From: Hyphomicrobiales bacterium
GTDB taxonomy: Bacteria > Pseudomonadota > Alphaproteobacteria > Rhizobiales > Methyloligellaceae
Assembly: GCA_021775575.1 (NCBI GenBank)
Contig: JAJFHO010000187.1
Span: 1-62,047, forward strand
Length of the DNA: 62,047 bases
Direction: 5' to 3'
Part shown: piece after piece, positions 8,936-17,782 of the stretch
How the letters are laid out: each line of letters opens with the position of its first letter
Numbering within the stretch: position 1 is the first letter of the stretch
Program-made: the position numbers and the translations under genes
The notes under the pieces: model-generated
Told to the model about the DNA's origin: nothing
The model's database searches: none
What the model saw: only the letters and a program-made list of their open reading frames with translations

Positions 8936-10102
8936 ATGCCACAGCAAACATCAACCTTCCGGATAACCTTGGTCGGCATGGTTTCTTTGGCGATAGCCAT
9001 GGGGATTGGCCGTTTTGCCTTTACGCCCTTGTTGCCTCTGATGCAGGACGACGGGCTGGTGAACCTCACGGACGGCGGTGCGTTGGCTTCCGTTCATTTT
9101 CTCGGATACTGGCTCGGCGCAGTGTTTGCCGCCAGACTCCCCTACTCCCCAAGAGCCACTTTAAGGTTTTCCCTGATCGCCATCGGTGTTTGCACGCTCG
9201 CGATGGGTGTGACGGACAATTTTTTCATTTGGCTGTTTCTTCGCTGGCTGTGTGGCGTTTGCAGTGCCCTCGCCCTGGTGCTGGTCAGCAATTTCTACAT
9301 TAAGCATCTGGCAAAAGCCGGCCACGCGGAGAAACAGGGCTGGGTGTTCTCCGGTGTGGGGGCCGGGATAGCGATTGCGGGACTGGGCACTCTTGTGATC
9401 ATGGCAAACCAGATCGGCAGCTTGCAAAGCTGGCAGATATTCGGTGTGGTTTCACTCGCGGGAGCCATCGCTGTGTCCACGCAAATGGGAGTCGAGATCC
9501 CTGATTTGCCGGCCTCGACACAAAACCGCGAAGCACCGCGAACACCATTGGTCTGGAGCGTCGTTATAGCTTATGGCGCGATGGGTCTCGGCTACGTTAT
9601 TCCAGCCACATATCTGCCCGTCATGGCGCGGGAGGCCGTTCAATCACCATTGACCTTTGGCTGGAGCTGGCCGGTATTCGGTGCCGCGGCATTCCTGTCA
9701 ACACTCCTTGCCGCCAGGATACAGAGGCACTTTTCGAATCGGCAGGTTTGGGCCGTGAGCCAGATCATCATGGCGGTTGGGTTGCTCTTGCCGGTCATAT
9801 ATCCGCATATTTCAACCATCATCATTGCAGGCATCTGCGTAGGCGGAACATTCATGATCATCACCATGACCGGAATGAAGGAAGCGCATCGAATTGCGCC
9901 TGCTCACGATGTCATGCGCCATATCGCGGCCATGACCGCAGCCTTTGCGGGCGGCCAAATGATTGGGCCAATGTTGGCCAGCTCTATCTACGACCTGACC
10001 CGAAGCTTCTCGGCCTCCCTCGCCCTGACGAGCGTGACGCTCGCCATTACCGCATTGACATTGATGAGCGGTTCTTCGAGCAGAAATATCCGTCGCAGGT
10101 AA
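8936..10102 (+). CDS. MFS transporter, YbfB/YjiJ-like
   Basis: About 12 hydrophobic segments. The N-terminus (VGMVSLAIAMGIGRFAFTPLLPLMQDDG) resembles the YbfB/YjiJ subfamily as I remember it. Confidence 0.7.
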   Translation: MPQQTSTFRITLVGMVSLAIAMGIGRFAFTPLLPLMQDDGLVNLTDGGALASVHFLGYWLGAVFAARLPYSPRATLRFSLIAIGVCTLAMGVTDNFFIWLFLRWLCGVCSALALVLVSNFYIKHLAKAGHAEKQGWVFSGVGAGIAIAGLGTLVIMANQIGSLQSWQIFGVVSLAGAIAVSTQMGVEIPDLPASTQNREAPRTPLVWSVVIAYGAMGLGYVIPATYLPVMAREAVQSPLTFGWSWPVFGAAAFLSTLLAARIQRHFSNRQVWAVSQIIMAVGLLLPVIYPHISTIIIAGICVGGTFMIITMTGMKEAHRIAPAHDVMRHIAAMTAAFAGGQMIGPMLASSIYDLTRSFSASLALTSVTLAITALTLMSGSSSRNIRRR

Positions 10103-10196
10103 CGCATTTCTCATGCGAATGCCGGCCCCCTGCCACATAATCAACCCCAAACACCCACGCCCGATATCGCCGTCCAGGCATAATGCCGACGCCGCC

Positions 10197-10233
10197 ATCG
10201 AGGTTCCGATGCCCGGTGACACGCGCATCGCGA
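10197..10233 (+). repeat. right copy of the 37-bp direct repeat (non-coding duplicate of the flbD 3-prime end)
   Basis: atcgaggttccgatgcccggtgacAcgcgcatcgcga. It would encode IEVPMPGDTRIA, compared with FlbD IEVPMPGDARIA. Confidence 0.9.
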
Positions 10234-10283
10234 AAGCAAGTGACCTCCATTTGTTTCGGAAATACAGACCATTCGTCTCCCCG

Positions 10284-10299
10284 TTAACCTCCCGCTAAC
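10284..10299. promoter_or_regulatory. CtrA-box-like site TTAA-N7-CTAAC upstream of flhA
   Basis: ttaa cctcccg ctaac is one mismatch from the consensus. It lies about 65 nt upstream of the flhA ATG. Confidence 0.3.
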
Positions 10300-10360
10300 C
10301 AAAGGGGCGGCAAAATTTGCCTAGGCGCGGGACAACCCGGCGCATGGGAGCGGTTCGGGT

Positions 10361-12526
10361 ATGAGCGACACGACAGCCGGAGAAGCACTGCCCCCCGCCG
10401 ACCCGCCCCTGGGCGACGGCGGGCCTGAACGCGCTGGCGGCATCAGCCTCTCCGGCCTGGGCGATATGCTCAATTTCGCCCGGCGCGCCGATCTCGGCCT
10501 CGCCTTCGGCGTCATCGGTATTCTGGTCGTGCTGATCCTGCCGATGCCGGCGATCATGCTCGATCTGCTGCTCGCCCTCTCGATCACATTCTCGGTGCTG
10601 ATCCTGATGACGGCCCTGTTCATTCACACGCCGCTCGAATTTTCGGCCTTTCCGACCGTGCTGCTGATCGCGACCATGATGCGCCTCGCGCTCAACCTCG
10701 CATCGACCCGGCTCATCCTCACCGACGGCCATGAGGGCACCGACGCTGCCGGCCATGTGATCGAGGCGTTCGGTAATTTCGTGATGCAGGGCAATTTCGT
10801 CATCGGCATCATCGTCTTCGCGATCCTCGTGATCGTGAATTTCGTCGTCATCACCAAAGGTTCGGGCAGGATCGCGGAAGTCGCGGCGCGCTTCACCCTC
10901 GATGCGATGCCCGGCAAGCAGATGGCGATCGACGCTGATCTTTCCGCCGGGCTCATAGATGAAGACCAGGCTCGCGACCGGCGCAAAAAACTGGAAGACG
11001 AATCCTCCTTCTTCGGCGCCATGGACGGCGCCTCGAAATTCGTGCGCGGCGACGCCATCGCCGGTCTGATGATCACCTTTCTCAATATTATCGGTGGCAT
11101 GGTCGTCGGCGTCGGCCAGAACGATATGTCGATGGCGGATGCCGGGCAGACCTACACGCTGCTGACAATCGGCGACGGGCTGGTGTCTCAGGTTCCCGCA
11201 CTCGTCGTGTCGACCGCCGCCGGCCTGCTCGTGTCCAAGGCGGGCGTCGACGGCGCTGCGGAAAAGGCGCTGTTCAACCAGCTTTCCGGCTATCCCAAGG
11301 CGCTCGGCATGTCTTCCCTGGTCATGGTCGTCATGTCGGTGCTGCCCGGCATCCCGATGATCCCCTTCCTCGCCCTTGCCGGTGCCGCGGGCGGGCTCGC
11401 CTGGCGCGCCGACCGGGACAAAAAGCGCAAGGTCGACGACGCCGCCCAGGAGCGCGCAACCGAGGCCCTGGACGAGGCGCCGACGGAGGAGCCGATTTCA
11501 GAGTCCCTGCATATGGACGAGCTCAGGCTCGAGCTGGGCTACGGTCTGCTGCCGATGATCAAGGATCCGGCCGGCAACAGCGACAAGCTGACCGAACAGA
11601 TAAAGGCGCTGCGCCGCCAGCTGGCAACCGATATGGGCTTCGTCATGCCGTCGGTGCGCATCCTCGACAATATGCAGCTCGGCGCCAACGAGTATGTCAT
11701 CAAGATCAAGGAGATCGAGGCGGGGCGCGGCACGCTTTATCCGAGCCAGATGATGGTGATGAACCCGAGCGGCGAGCAGATCGACCTGCCCGGAACGCAT
11801 ACGACCGAACCGACGTTCGGGCTGCCAGCCACCTGGATCGAACCTCATCTCTGCGACGAAGCGACCTTCAAGGGCTATACCGTCGTCGATCCCGTAACGA
11901 TCATTTCGACCCATCTGACCGAAACGCTGAAAGCCCAGATGACCGATCTGCTGTCCTATGCGGAAGTGCAGAAACTGCTCGACCATCTGCCGGAGAAAGA
12001 AGCCAAGCTGCTGGAGGATATCGTCCCCGCCAGCATCTCCATAACAGGCGTGCAGCGCGTCCTGCAGCGTCTGCTGGCGGAGCGGGTTTCGATACGGGAT
12101 CTGCCGGTGATCCTCGAAGCGATCTCGGAAGCCACCAGCTTCACTCAGGGCATACAGCCAATCGCGGAGCATGTGCGCACCCGGCTGGCGCGGCAAATCT
12201 GCTCCACCTACCTCTCAGCTGAAGGTTATCTGCCATTGGTGACAATGACGCCGCAATGGGAGCAGGAATTCGCCGAAGCGCTGATCGGCGATGGTGAGGA
12301 GCAACAGCTCGCCATGGTCCCGAGCCGGCTTCAGGAATTCATCCAGAAGGTGCGATCCGCCTTCGAGGAAGCGGCGGCCAAGGGAGAGGCTCCCGTGCTG
12401 CTGACCAGCCCCGGCATCCGGCCCTTCGTCCGCTCGATCGTCGAGCGCTTCCGCGCCCAGACGCCGGTGCTATCGCAAAATGAGATTCACCCCCAGGCGA
12501 AGCTGAAGACCGTGGCGCAGCTCTAG
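10361..12526 (+). CDS. flhA: flagellar export apparatus protein FlhA
   Basis: FHIPEP family hallmarks (FVMQGNFVIGIIVFAILVIVNFVVITKGSGRIAEVAARFTLDAMPGKQMAIDADL) and a large cytoplasmic C-domain. Confidence 0.95.
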   Translation: MSDTTAGEALPPADPPLGDGGPERAGGISLSGLGDMLNFARRADLGLAFGVIGILVVLILPMPAIMLDLLLALSITFSVLILMTALFIHTPLEFSAFPTVLLIATMMRLALNLASTRLILTDGHEGTDAAGHVIEAFGNFVMQGNFVIGIIVFAILVIVNFVVITKGSGRIAEVAARFTLDAMPGKQMAIDADLSAGLIDEDQARDRRKKLEDESSFFGAMDGASKFVRGDAIAGLMITFLNIIGGMVVGVGQNDMSMADAGQTYTLLTIGDGLVSQVPALVVSTAAGLLVSKAGVDGAAEKALFNQLSGYPKALGMSSLVMVVMSVLPGIPMIPFLALAGAAGGLAWRADRDKKRKVDDAAQERATEALDEAPTEEPISESLHMDELRLELGYGLLPMIKDPAGNSDKLTEQIKALRRQLATDMGFVMPSVRILDNMQLGANEYVIKIKEIEAGRGTLYPSQMMVMNPSGEQIDLPGTHTTEPTFGLPATWIEPHLCDEATFKGYTVVDPVTIISTHLTETLKAQMTDLLSYAEVQKLLDHLPEKEAKLLEDIVPASISITGVQRVLQRLLAERVSIRDLPVILEAISEATSFTQGIQPIAEHVRTRLARQICSTYLSAEGYLPLVTMTPQWEQEFAEALIGDGEEQQLAMVPSRLQEFIQKVRSAFEEAAAKGEAPVLLTSPGIRPFVRSIVERFRAQTPVLSQNEIHPQAKLKTVAQL

Positions 12527-12540
12527 ATCTGCGCCGCCGC

Positions 12541-14040
12541 CTATTTGCTCAGCCTGAGCTTGTTCAGCCCCTTGGCGATATCCTCGAATACGCTTTGGAG
12601 TTCGCTGTTCGACGGTGAATCGTAATACATGGCCGGTTTGGTCGCGCAATCGCGCATCAGGTCCTTGATCGGCCCGTCCGCGAGCTGGAATGTAATGGTA
12701 TAGAGCTGGGTGTCGGTGCCCTTTATCGCCGTGCACAGCGCCGCTGTCTTGGCGTTCAGGACCTGTCCCGCCTGGCTGCCGTCCGCAGCACCCAGATGCC
12801 CCGTCTGAGCAAAACCGTAAGCGTTGTAATAGGACCGGTTGTGATTGCCGAGCCCGCCGCCGACATCGTTGCGCCCGTCGGTCAGCAGCACGATCGCCTT
12901 GATCGTATCTTCATCGTCATACGCCACCCCCTCGGTGAAGGGAATTGTCGGCGAAATTACCCGCCAGCCCCATGCGAGGCCGGCCGGGATCACCGTGCTG
13001 CCGGCGGCGCTCATCGCGGCGATTGCGGTGTCGAGGGTTGTTTTGACATTGGTCAGCGGTGTCAACGGCTGCGACCAGCAGTTAAAGTTCGGCCCGTCAT
13101 TTTCCCAATCCGGCAGCGTCAGAGCGGTATATTTTCCGGCGAACCGCTGGCGCGCGTCATAATCATCAGGGTCGCCGCCAAAAGCGCCGTCGGCGGCGTA
13201 GCGGTTCGGATACCAACTGAAGTCAGGTGCGTCTGGCGCGAAATAAGGCGCCCAAAGCGTTGCGGACGTCCCCGGCGAGGGAGCCAGATCCTGGGTGTCG
13301 AAGGGGGCTATGCGCGCCCGCACACAGCCATTCCAGCTCCGATTGGTGATCTCGCCATAGAGATCGAGGACATTGACGCCGGGCTGGAAATCTTCCGAAG
13401 CGATCGCCGATTGAGCCGTTGTGTCGAGCCAGCCGGAACCCAGCTTGTCGACGCCTATATTGACCGCGGCGGCGAAGGGCACCAGACCGACCTTGACGAA
13501 GTCGGGCTCCGCCTCGCCTTCAAACAGGATATCGACCATAAGCTGCGCCGCGGTCCGCAGCGCCGAGATCTTGCCGTTCGATCCCATCGAGCCGGTATTG
13601 TCCAGCGCCATGACCAGTTCGATTTTCTTCTCCGCGATGGTCACCTCGGTCTTGGCGGCGACATCGATGCGGTCTATCCCGACGATACCCATGATTGCGG
13701 TATCGACATGGCCGGTAACAGAGATTTCTATGATAGAGCCGTTTACAATGACGCTTATCTCGCCGGACGTGCCGTATTTCGGTTCGAAATTGGCGTTGAA
13801 AAAATCCTTCGCCTTCTGCTCCACTTCGGTCCCGCTCAAGCCCTGCCATGAGCCGACGGCCAACGCGGCGGCATCGAGGGCATGGCCCAGTTGCTTCTTG
13901 AGCGACTGCGCGCGTGCATAGTCGATGCCCAGACCGACACCGACGACCATTGGAATGAAGGTGAGGCCGAATAGGAGCGCAACGGCGCCCCGGCGGTCCT
14001 CTCCAAAGTTAGCAAGAAGCGATTTTAAAATACGCCACAT
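12541..14040 (-). CDS. TadG/TadE-like N-terminal anchor + von Willebrand A domain protein
   Basis: N-terminus RRGAVALLFGLTFIPMVVGVGLGIDYARA (TadE/G-like). MIDAS-like VMALDNTGSMG and VLLTDGRND. No other tad genes are in the window. Confidence 0.7.
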   Translation of the reverse strand: MWRILKSLLANFGEDRRGAVALLFGLTFIPMVVGVGLGIDYARAQSLKKQLGHALDAAALAVGSWQGLSGTEVEQKAKDFFNANFEPKYGTSGEISVIVNGSIIEISVTGHVDTAIMGIVGIDRIDVAAKTEVTIAEKKIELVMALDNTGSMGSNGKISALRTAAQLMVDILFEGEAEPDFVKVGLVPFAAAVNIGVDKLGSGWLDTTAQSAIASEDFQPGVNVLDLYGEITNRSWNGCVRARIAPFDTQDLAPSPGTSATLWAPYFAPDAPDFSWYPNRYAADGAFGGDPDDYDARQRFAGKYTALTLPDWENDGPNFNCWSQPLTPLTNVKTTLDTAIAAMSAAGSTVIPAGLAWGWRVISPTIPFTEGVAYDDEDTIKAIVLLTDGRNDVGGGLGNHNRSYYNAYGFAQTGHLGAADGSQAGQVLNAKTAALCTAIKGTDTQLYTITFQLADGPIKDLMRDCATKPAMYYDSPSNSELQSVFEDIAKGLNKLRLSK

Positions 14041-14252
14041 CGATCACACCTGATAACGCATCGGCGGTTCGCTACATCTTTCACGGCTATAGTCGATACC
14101 GTGACGACAGCGGACCGCAGCAGTGTGATCCTCCCAAATAAGCTCTTATGTCCGTTTAAAATCGGTCTTCGCTATCGCTTAAAATACGAACCGGATTTGA
14201 TTCAAATTTTAACGAATTCCCGGTGTGACCGGTATTTTGAAGAGGATGGAGT

Positions 14253-14774
14253 TCAGTATGACCCGCGCCGCGGGGTCGATACGCGCTGGCGCGACGGCGC
14301 AAAGGAGCCACGCGCGGGCGTGGCGGCCGCCGGCGCCGGCCCGTCGCAATTGGCGCCACCCTGTATCCAGTAACCGACATCCGCCGTGAGCTTCTGCGCC
14401 AGCGCATAGGGCAATTTATGGTTCGCTGTCGTAACCACGGTGCCCTTGCTGCGCGCCTCGAACAGGACAGAGTAGGTCTTCAACCCGCGTTTCCCGTCGG
14501 GCGTCCGGTCGTAAATCACGATATTTGTCTGCGCGTTGGCGGCCCTTCCCGCCGGGGCATCGGCGCGAAAAACATGACGCGTCAATACCGGATTGGTCGG
14601 GTTGAACCAGCAGGCCTTGATCTGCCGGCCAACCATCGCATACGCCTGTGCCGGCGAGGTGCCGGGAAGAATCGATGTCTGGCCGTGATTGGATGGCGCC
14701 GGGGCGGTGGAGCCGCACGCCGTGAGCAGAGCGCCGCAGAGCGCCGTCACCGCGATAGTTGTCAACATACGCAT
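14253..14774 (-). CDS. hypothetical lipoprotein
   Basis: The internal ATG at 14774 gives MRMLTTIAVTALCGALLTAC with a lipobox (LLTAC). I recognised no family. Confidence 0.5.
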   Translation of the reverse strand: MRMLTTIAVTALCGALLTACGSTAPAPSNHGQTSILPGTSPAQAYAMVGRQIKACWFNPTNPVLTRHVFRADAPAGRAANAQTNIVIYDRTPDGKRGLKTYSVLFEARSKGTVVTTANHKLPYALAQKLTADVGYWIQGGANCDGPAPAAATPARGSFAPSRQRVSTPRRGSY

Positions 14775-14833
14775 GGGATGATCCGAATATTTGGCGCAAA
14801 CATTATCGCCTGATCGCGGCGGCGGGGAAATCA

Positions 14834-14855
14834 CGACTAGGTCATGACCTAGTCG
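14834..14855. repeat. perfect 22-bp palindrome CGACTAGGTCA|TGACCTAGTCG overlapping the yajQ stop codon
   Basis: I read it directly and it is exactly self-complementary. It sits between yajQ and the lipoprotein gene. Confidence 0.95.
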
Positions 14856-15334
14856 CGGAAGTTCACGAACTGGAGCGGAAGGTCCACCTTCATCGCCTTC
14901 AGCTGGGCCATCGCCGCCTGCAGCTCGTCGCGCTTCTTGCCCGTAACACGCAACTCGTCGCCCTGGACGGCGACCTGAACCTTGAGTTTGGACCCCTTGA
15001 TCTCCTTGACCAGGCGCTTGGCCAGATCGCGGTCGATTCCCTGCCGGATAACAGCCTTTTGCCGGACAGCCTGTCCCGCGGCCTGTTCCGCTTCCGCGTA
15101 ATCCAGAATGCCGGCATCGACTTTTCGGCGCGCAAGATGCCCCTGCAGCATTTCGTGCATTTGTCGCAGCTTCATTTCATCGTCGGCGTCAAGGTTGAGC
15201 AGTGCCTCCTCGCGCCTGATTTTACAGTTCGATCCCTTGAAGTCGTAGCGCTGGGTCATCTCGCGTTCCATGTTGGCGAGCGCGTTGTCGACTTCGTTGA
15301 GATCGGTTTTCGAAACCACGTCGAATGATGGCAT
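14849..15334 (-). CDS. yajQ: YajQ family (DUF520) nucleotide / cyclic-di-GMP-binding protein
   Basis: MPSFDVVSKTDLNEVDNALANMEREMTQRYDFKG...LQFVNFRD is a near-textbook YajQ sequence. The start was moved to ATG 15334. Confidence 0.85.
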   Translation of the reverse strand: MPSFDVVSKTDLNEVDNALANMEREMTQRYDFKGSNCKIRREEALLNLDADDEMKLRQMHEMLQGHLARRKVDAGILDYAEAEQAAGQAVRQKAVIRQGIDRDLAKRLVKEIKGSKLKVQVAVQGDELRVTGKKRDELQAAMAQLKAMKVDLPLQFVNFRD

Positions 15335-15521
15335 GACCGCCGCCTGTCTCCATTTGTCCCCGGTGTGCGGCCTGCCGGTATGCCTGAGCAGGCACGCACA
15401 GGCAAGCCCCAACCCCGCCGTCACGTCGGCACAGGGACGGGCAATCCAGAGAAATGGTGCGAAAAAGCGGCTTGCGGGTCCCGCCGCCCGGGACCCGGCA
15501 TCATGACTTGGGGGCTAGATC

Positions 15522-15947
15522 CTAATGGCTCTCACGCGTCAGGCCCATGTCGGATATCCGCCCGATCTCGTCGAGTTCCGACTGTTCGATGGCGCTGGCA
15601 TAGACACGGTTCCGCTCGGCGTCTCGCTCCTGAATAAGCTCGACTTTCTTGAGCTCCTCGAAGGCCTCCGCAAGGTCCTCACGCGCCGAATCGAGCTTGG
15701 CCTCCAGGTCGCCGATCGACGCCAGCAGATTCTCCCGCCTCTGGATCGCCGCCTTGGCAAAGGTCGGATAGGCGTAATGATTGACATCGGATACGCCGGC
15801 GCGCTCCTGCTCGACCTCGATCTGGCGCTCCAGATCGTCGGCCATCTGCCTGAAATCGGCGATCATGGCCTCTATATCGGCGACTTTCTGCTGGTGTTCA
15901 TCGACATCAAAGCGTCTCAACCTGATCAGTGTCTCGCGTGATTTCAT
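15522..15947 (-). CDS. fliJ: flagellar export chaperone FliJ
   Basis: 141-aa coiled-coil protein with a 4-nt overlap with the fliI stop. The N-terminus ([24 protein letters not shown]) resembles alphaproteobacterial FliJ. Confidence 0.65.
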   Translation of the reverse strand: MKSRETLIRLRRFDVDEHQQKVADIEAMIADFRQMADDLERQIEVEQERAGVSDVNHYAYPTFAKAAIQRRENLLASIGDLEAKLDSAREDLAEAFEELKKVELIQERDAERNRVYASAIEQSELDEIGRISDMGLTRESH

Positions 15948-17302
15948 GACTCAATACTCTCAACTGCTTCAATCTGGGACTGTTCGTCCCGGTGTTGTGT
16001 GTCGTCACTCAATATCTGTGCCAACTGTGCATATCCGGCAGAAATCGTGGACTCTTCCAGCTTTGTCTGGCCCAAAAAGGCTTCGAATGCCGGCTGATAG
16101 GCAATGGCCTCGTCCACCGCCGGATTGGACCCCTGACGGTAAGCGCCAAGCCTGATAAGCTCTTCCATATCGGAATAAGTGCTCATGAGCTGCCGGGCCC
16201 GCATGATGGCCGGCAATGCCGTTTCCTCCACACAGTCCGGCATCGTTCGGGAGACCGATTTCAACACATTGATGGCGGGAAAGCGGCCGCGCTCGGCAAT
16301 CGAGCGTTCCATGACAATATGGCCGTCCAGGATGCCGCGGACGGCGTCGGAAATCGGCTCGTTATGGTCGTCGCCCTCGACGAGGACCGAAAACAGTCCT
16401 GTAATCGACCCGCTGCCGGTGCCGGGCCCGGCACGCTCCAGAAGACGCGGCAGTTCGGCGAATACCGTTGGCGTATACCCTTTCGTCGTCGGCGGCTCTC
16501 CGCCCGACAGGCCGATTTCGCGCTGCGCCATGGCGAAGCGGGTGACGCTGTCGATCATGCACAAAACGTCCTTGTCGAGATCGCGGAAATATTCCGAGAG
16601 CGTCAATGTAAGATGCGCCGCCTGGCGCCGCATAAGCGCCGCTTCGTCGGAGGTTGCCACAACGACGATCGAACGCGAAAGCCCGTCGTCGCCAAGATTA
16701 TCCTCGATGAATTCCTGAACCTCACGCCCACGTTCGCCGATCAGGCCGATGACCGAAACATCACATTCGGTATTGCGCGCCAGCATCGACAGCAGCACTG
16801 ACTTGCCGACGCCGGAGCCCGAAAAAATACCCATGCGCTGCCCCTTGCAGCAGGTGACGAATGTATTCAGCGCCTTGACGCCCAAGTCCACCGGACCGCC
16901 CACACGGCTCCTGAGATGCGCCGGCGGCGGGCTGGCGCGCAGCGGATAGCTTTCCGGTCCGAGAGGCAGAGGACCTTTCCCGTCCACCGGTTCGCCCAGT
17001 GCATTGACAACCCGTCCGAGCCAGCCCCGGGAAGGGCGAATGGCCGCCGTGCCTGGTTCGACCACGGCCTTGGATCCCATGCGCACGCCTTCGAGCGGGC
17101 CGAACGGCAGTGCCAGCGCCCTGCCCTGACGGAAGCCGACGATCTCGCAGACCACCGCGCCCCTGAGCCCGTCAACGATCCGGACCCGCGAGCCCACGCT
17201 CATGGTGTGGACGGGACCGGCAATCTCGACCAGAAGACCCTGGACACAGCGCACGCGTCCATAGGTCTCGGATGCGGGCACGGCCGCAATTTCGCTTAGC
17301 AT
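15944..17302 (-). CDS. fliI: flagellum-specific ATPase FliI
   Basis: Walker A ([12 protein letters not shown]), Walker B ([11 protein letters not shown]) and F1/T3SS ATPase architecture. The start was set to ATG 17302 (MLSEIAAV...). The ORF-track start at 17395 is possible but less likely. Confidence 0.9.
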   Translation of the reverse strand: MLSEIAAVPASETYGRVRCVQGLLVEIAGPVHTMSVGSRVRIVDGLRGAVVCEIVGFRQGRALALPFGPLEGVRMGSKAVVEPGTAAIRPSRGWLGRVVNALGEPVDGKGPLPLGPESYPLRASPPPAHLRSRVGGPVDLGVKALNTFVTCCKGQRMGIFSGSGVGKSVLLSMLARNTECDVSVIGLIGERGREVQEFIEDNLGDDGLSRSIVVVATSDEAALMRRQAAHLTLTLSEYFRDLDKDVLCMIDSVTRFAMAQREIGLSGGEPPTTKGYTPTVFAELPRLLERAGPGTGSGSITGLFSVLVEGDDHNEPISDAVRGILDGHIVMERSIAERGRFPAINVLKSVSRTMPDCVEETALPAIMRARQLMSTYSDMEELIRLGAYRQGSNPAVDEAIAYQPAFEAFLGQTKLEESTISAGYAQLAQILSDDTQHRDEQSQIEAVESIES

Positions 17303-17700
17303 AGCCTGCAAAGGCTTTCCTCCCTCGGCGGACGGTGCCGCTGCGGGCGCCCGTCCGGGATAAGTCAGAACAATCCGGTAATCTTGCCGCGTCACCCCTT
17401 AAGACCCGGTAAACCAATTGAATGCGGAACGATTGGTCCTTTGGCTGAACTTCTGGTAACAATTCTAGACAGGCCTGATTCGTTCCTGCCCATAAGGCCA
17501 GCGTTCGGTAGTTGTACAATCAACAAAATCAAGGCTCTGAACCGGTGAAGATCGTGACCGGACGCAAAAGGATTCCAGCTTCAGGCGCTTGCCATGCACG
17601 CGCTCCAGGAAGCCTGTTCATCCGCACTTCAGTCTTCGCTAACCTACCATCACGAAAATTAGGTTTTGTTAACTAATGGAGCCTAATTTATTGATTCGGA

Positions 17701-17708
17701 TTAACCAT
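17701..17708 (+). promoter_or_regulatory. exact CtrA half-site TTAACCAT in the ctrA upstream region
   Basis: ttaaccat lies 75 nt upstream of the ctrA ATG. A GANTC (GATTC 17693-17697) is immediately adjacent. Confidence 0.4.
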
Positions 17709-17782
17709 TTGACGATTGCACATCGCAAGGGGTTGTCCGTTTGGGGGTATGGCCACCTGGGGCTCGAAGGAAGAGGATTGCT

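Noticed and set aside
7886-10196. Calling the LysR-MFS islet a bona fide mobile element
   Set aside because: No integrase, transposase, tRNA target or inverted terminal repeats are visible. Only the flanking direct repeats support mobility, so it is reported as a finding and not as a mobile_element feature.
10113-10298. 61-aa ORF containing the duplicated FlbD tail (…AIEVPMPGDTRIAKASD…)
   Set aside because: It has no RBS and an Arg/Pro-rich N-terminus. It is best explained as a non-coding remnant created by the duplication.
10319-10330. 12-mer GCCTAGGCGCGG shared by the flhA and cobT upstream regions (also at 50757-50768)
   Set aside because: A shared 12-mer is expected many times by chance among all position pairs in 62 kb of GC-biased DNA, and there is no further similarity around it.
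15458-15498. Hairpin CGGGTCCC-N7-GGGACCCG downstream of fliJ as a terminator
   Set aside because: The T5 run on the minus strand starts 8 nt after the stem rather than immediately after it, so the support is too weak for a feature.
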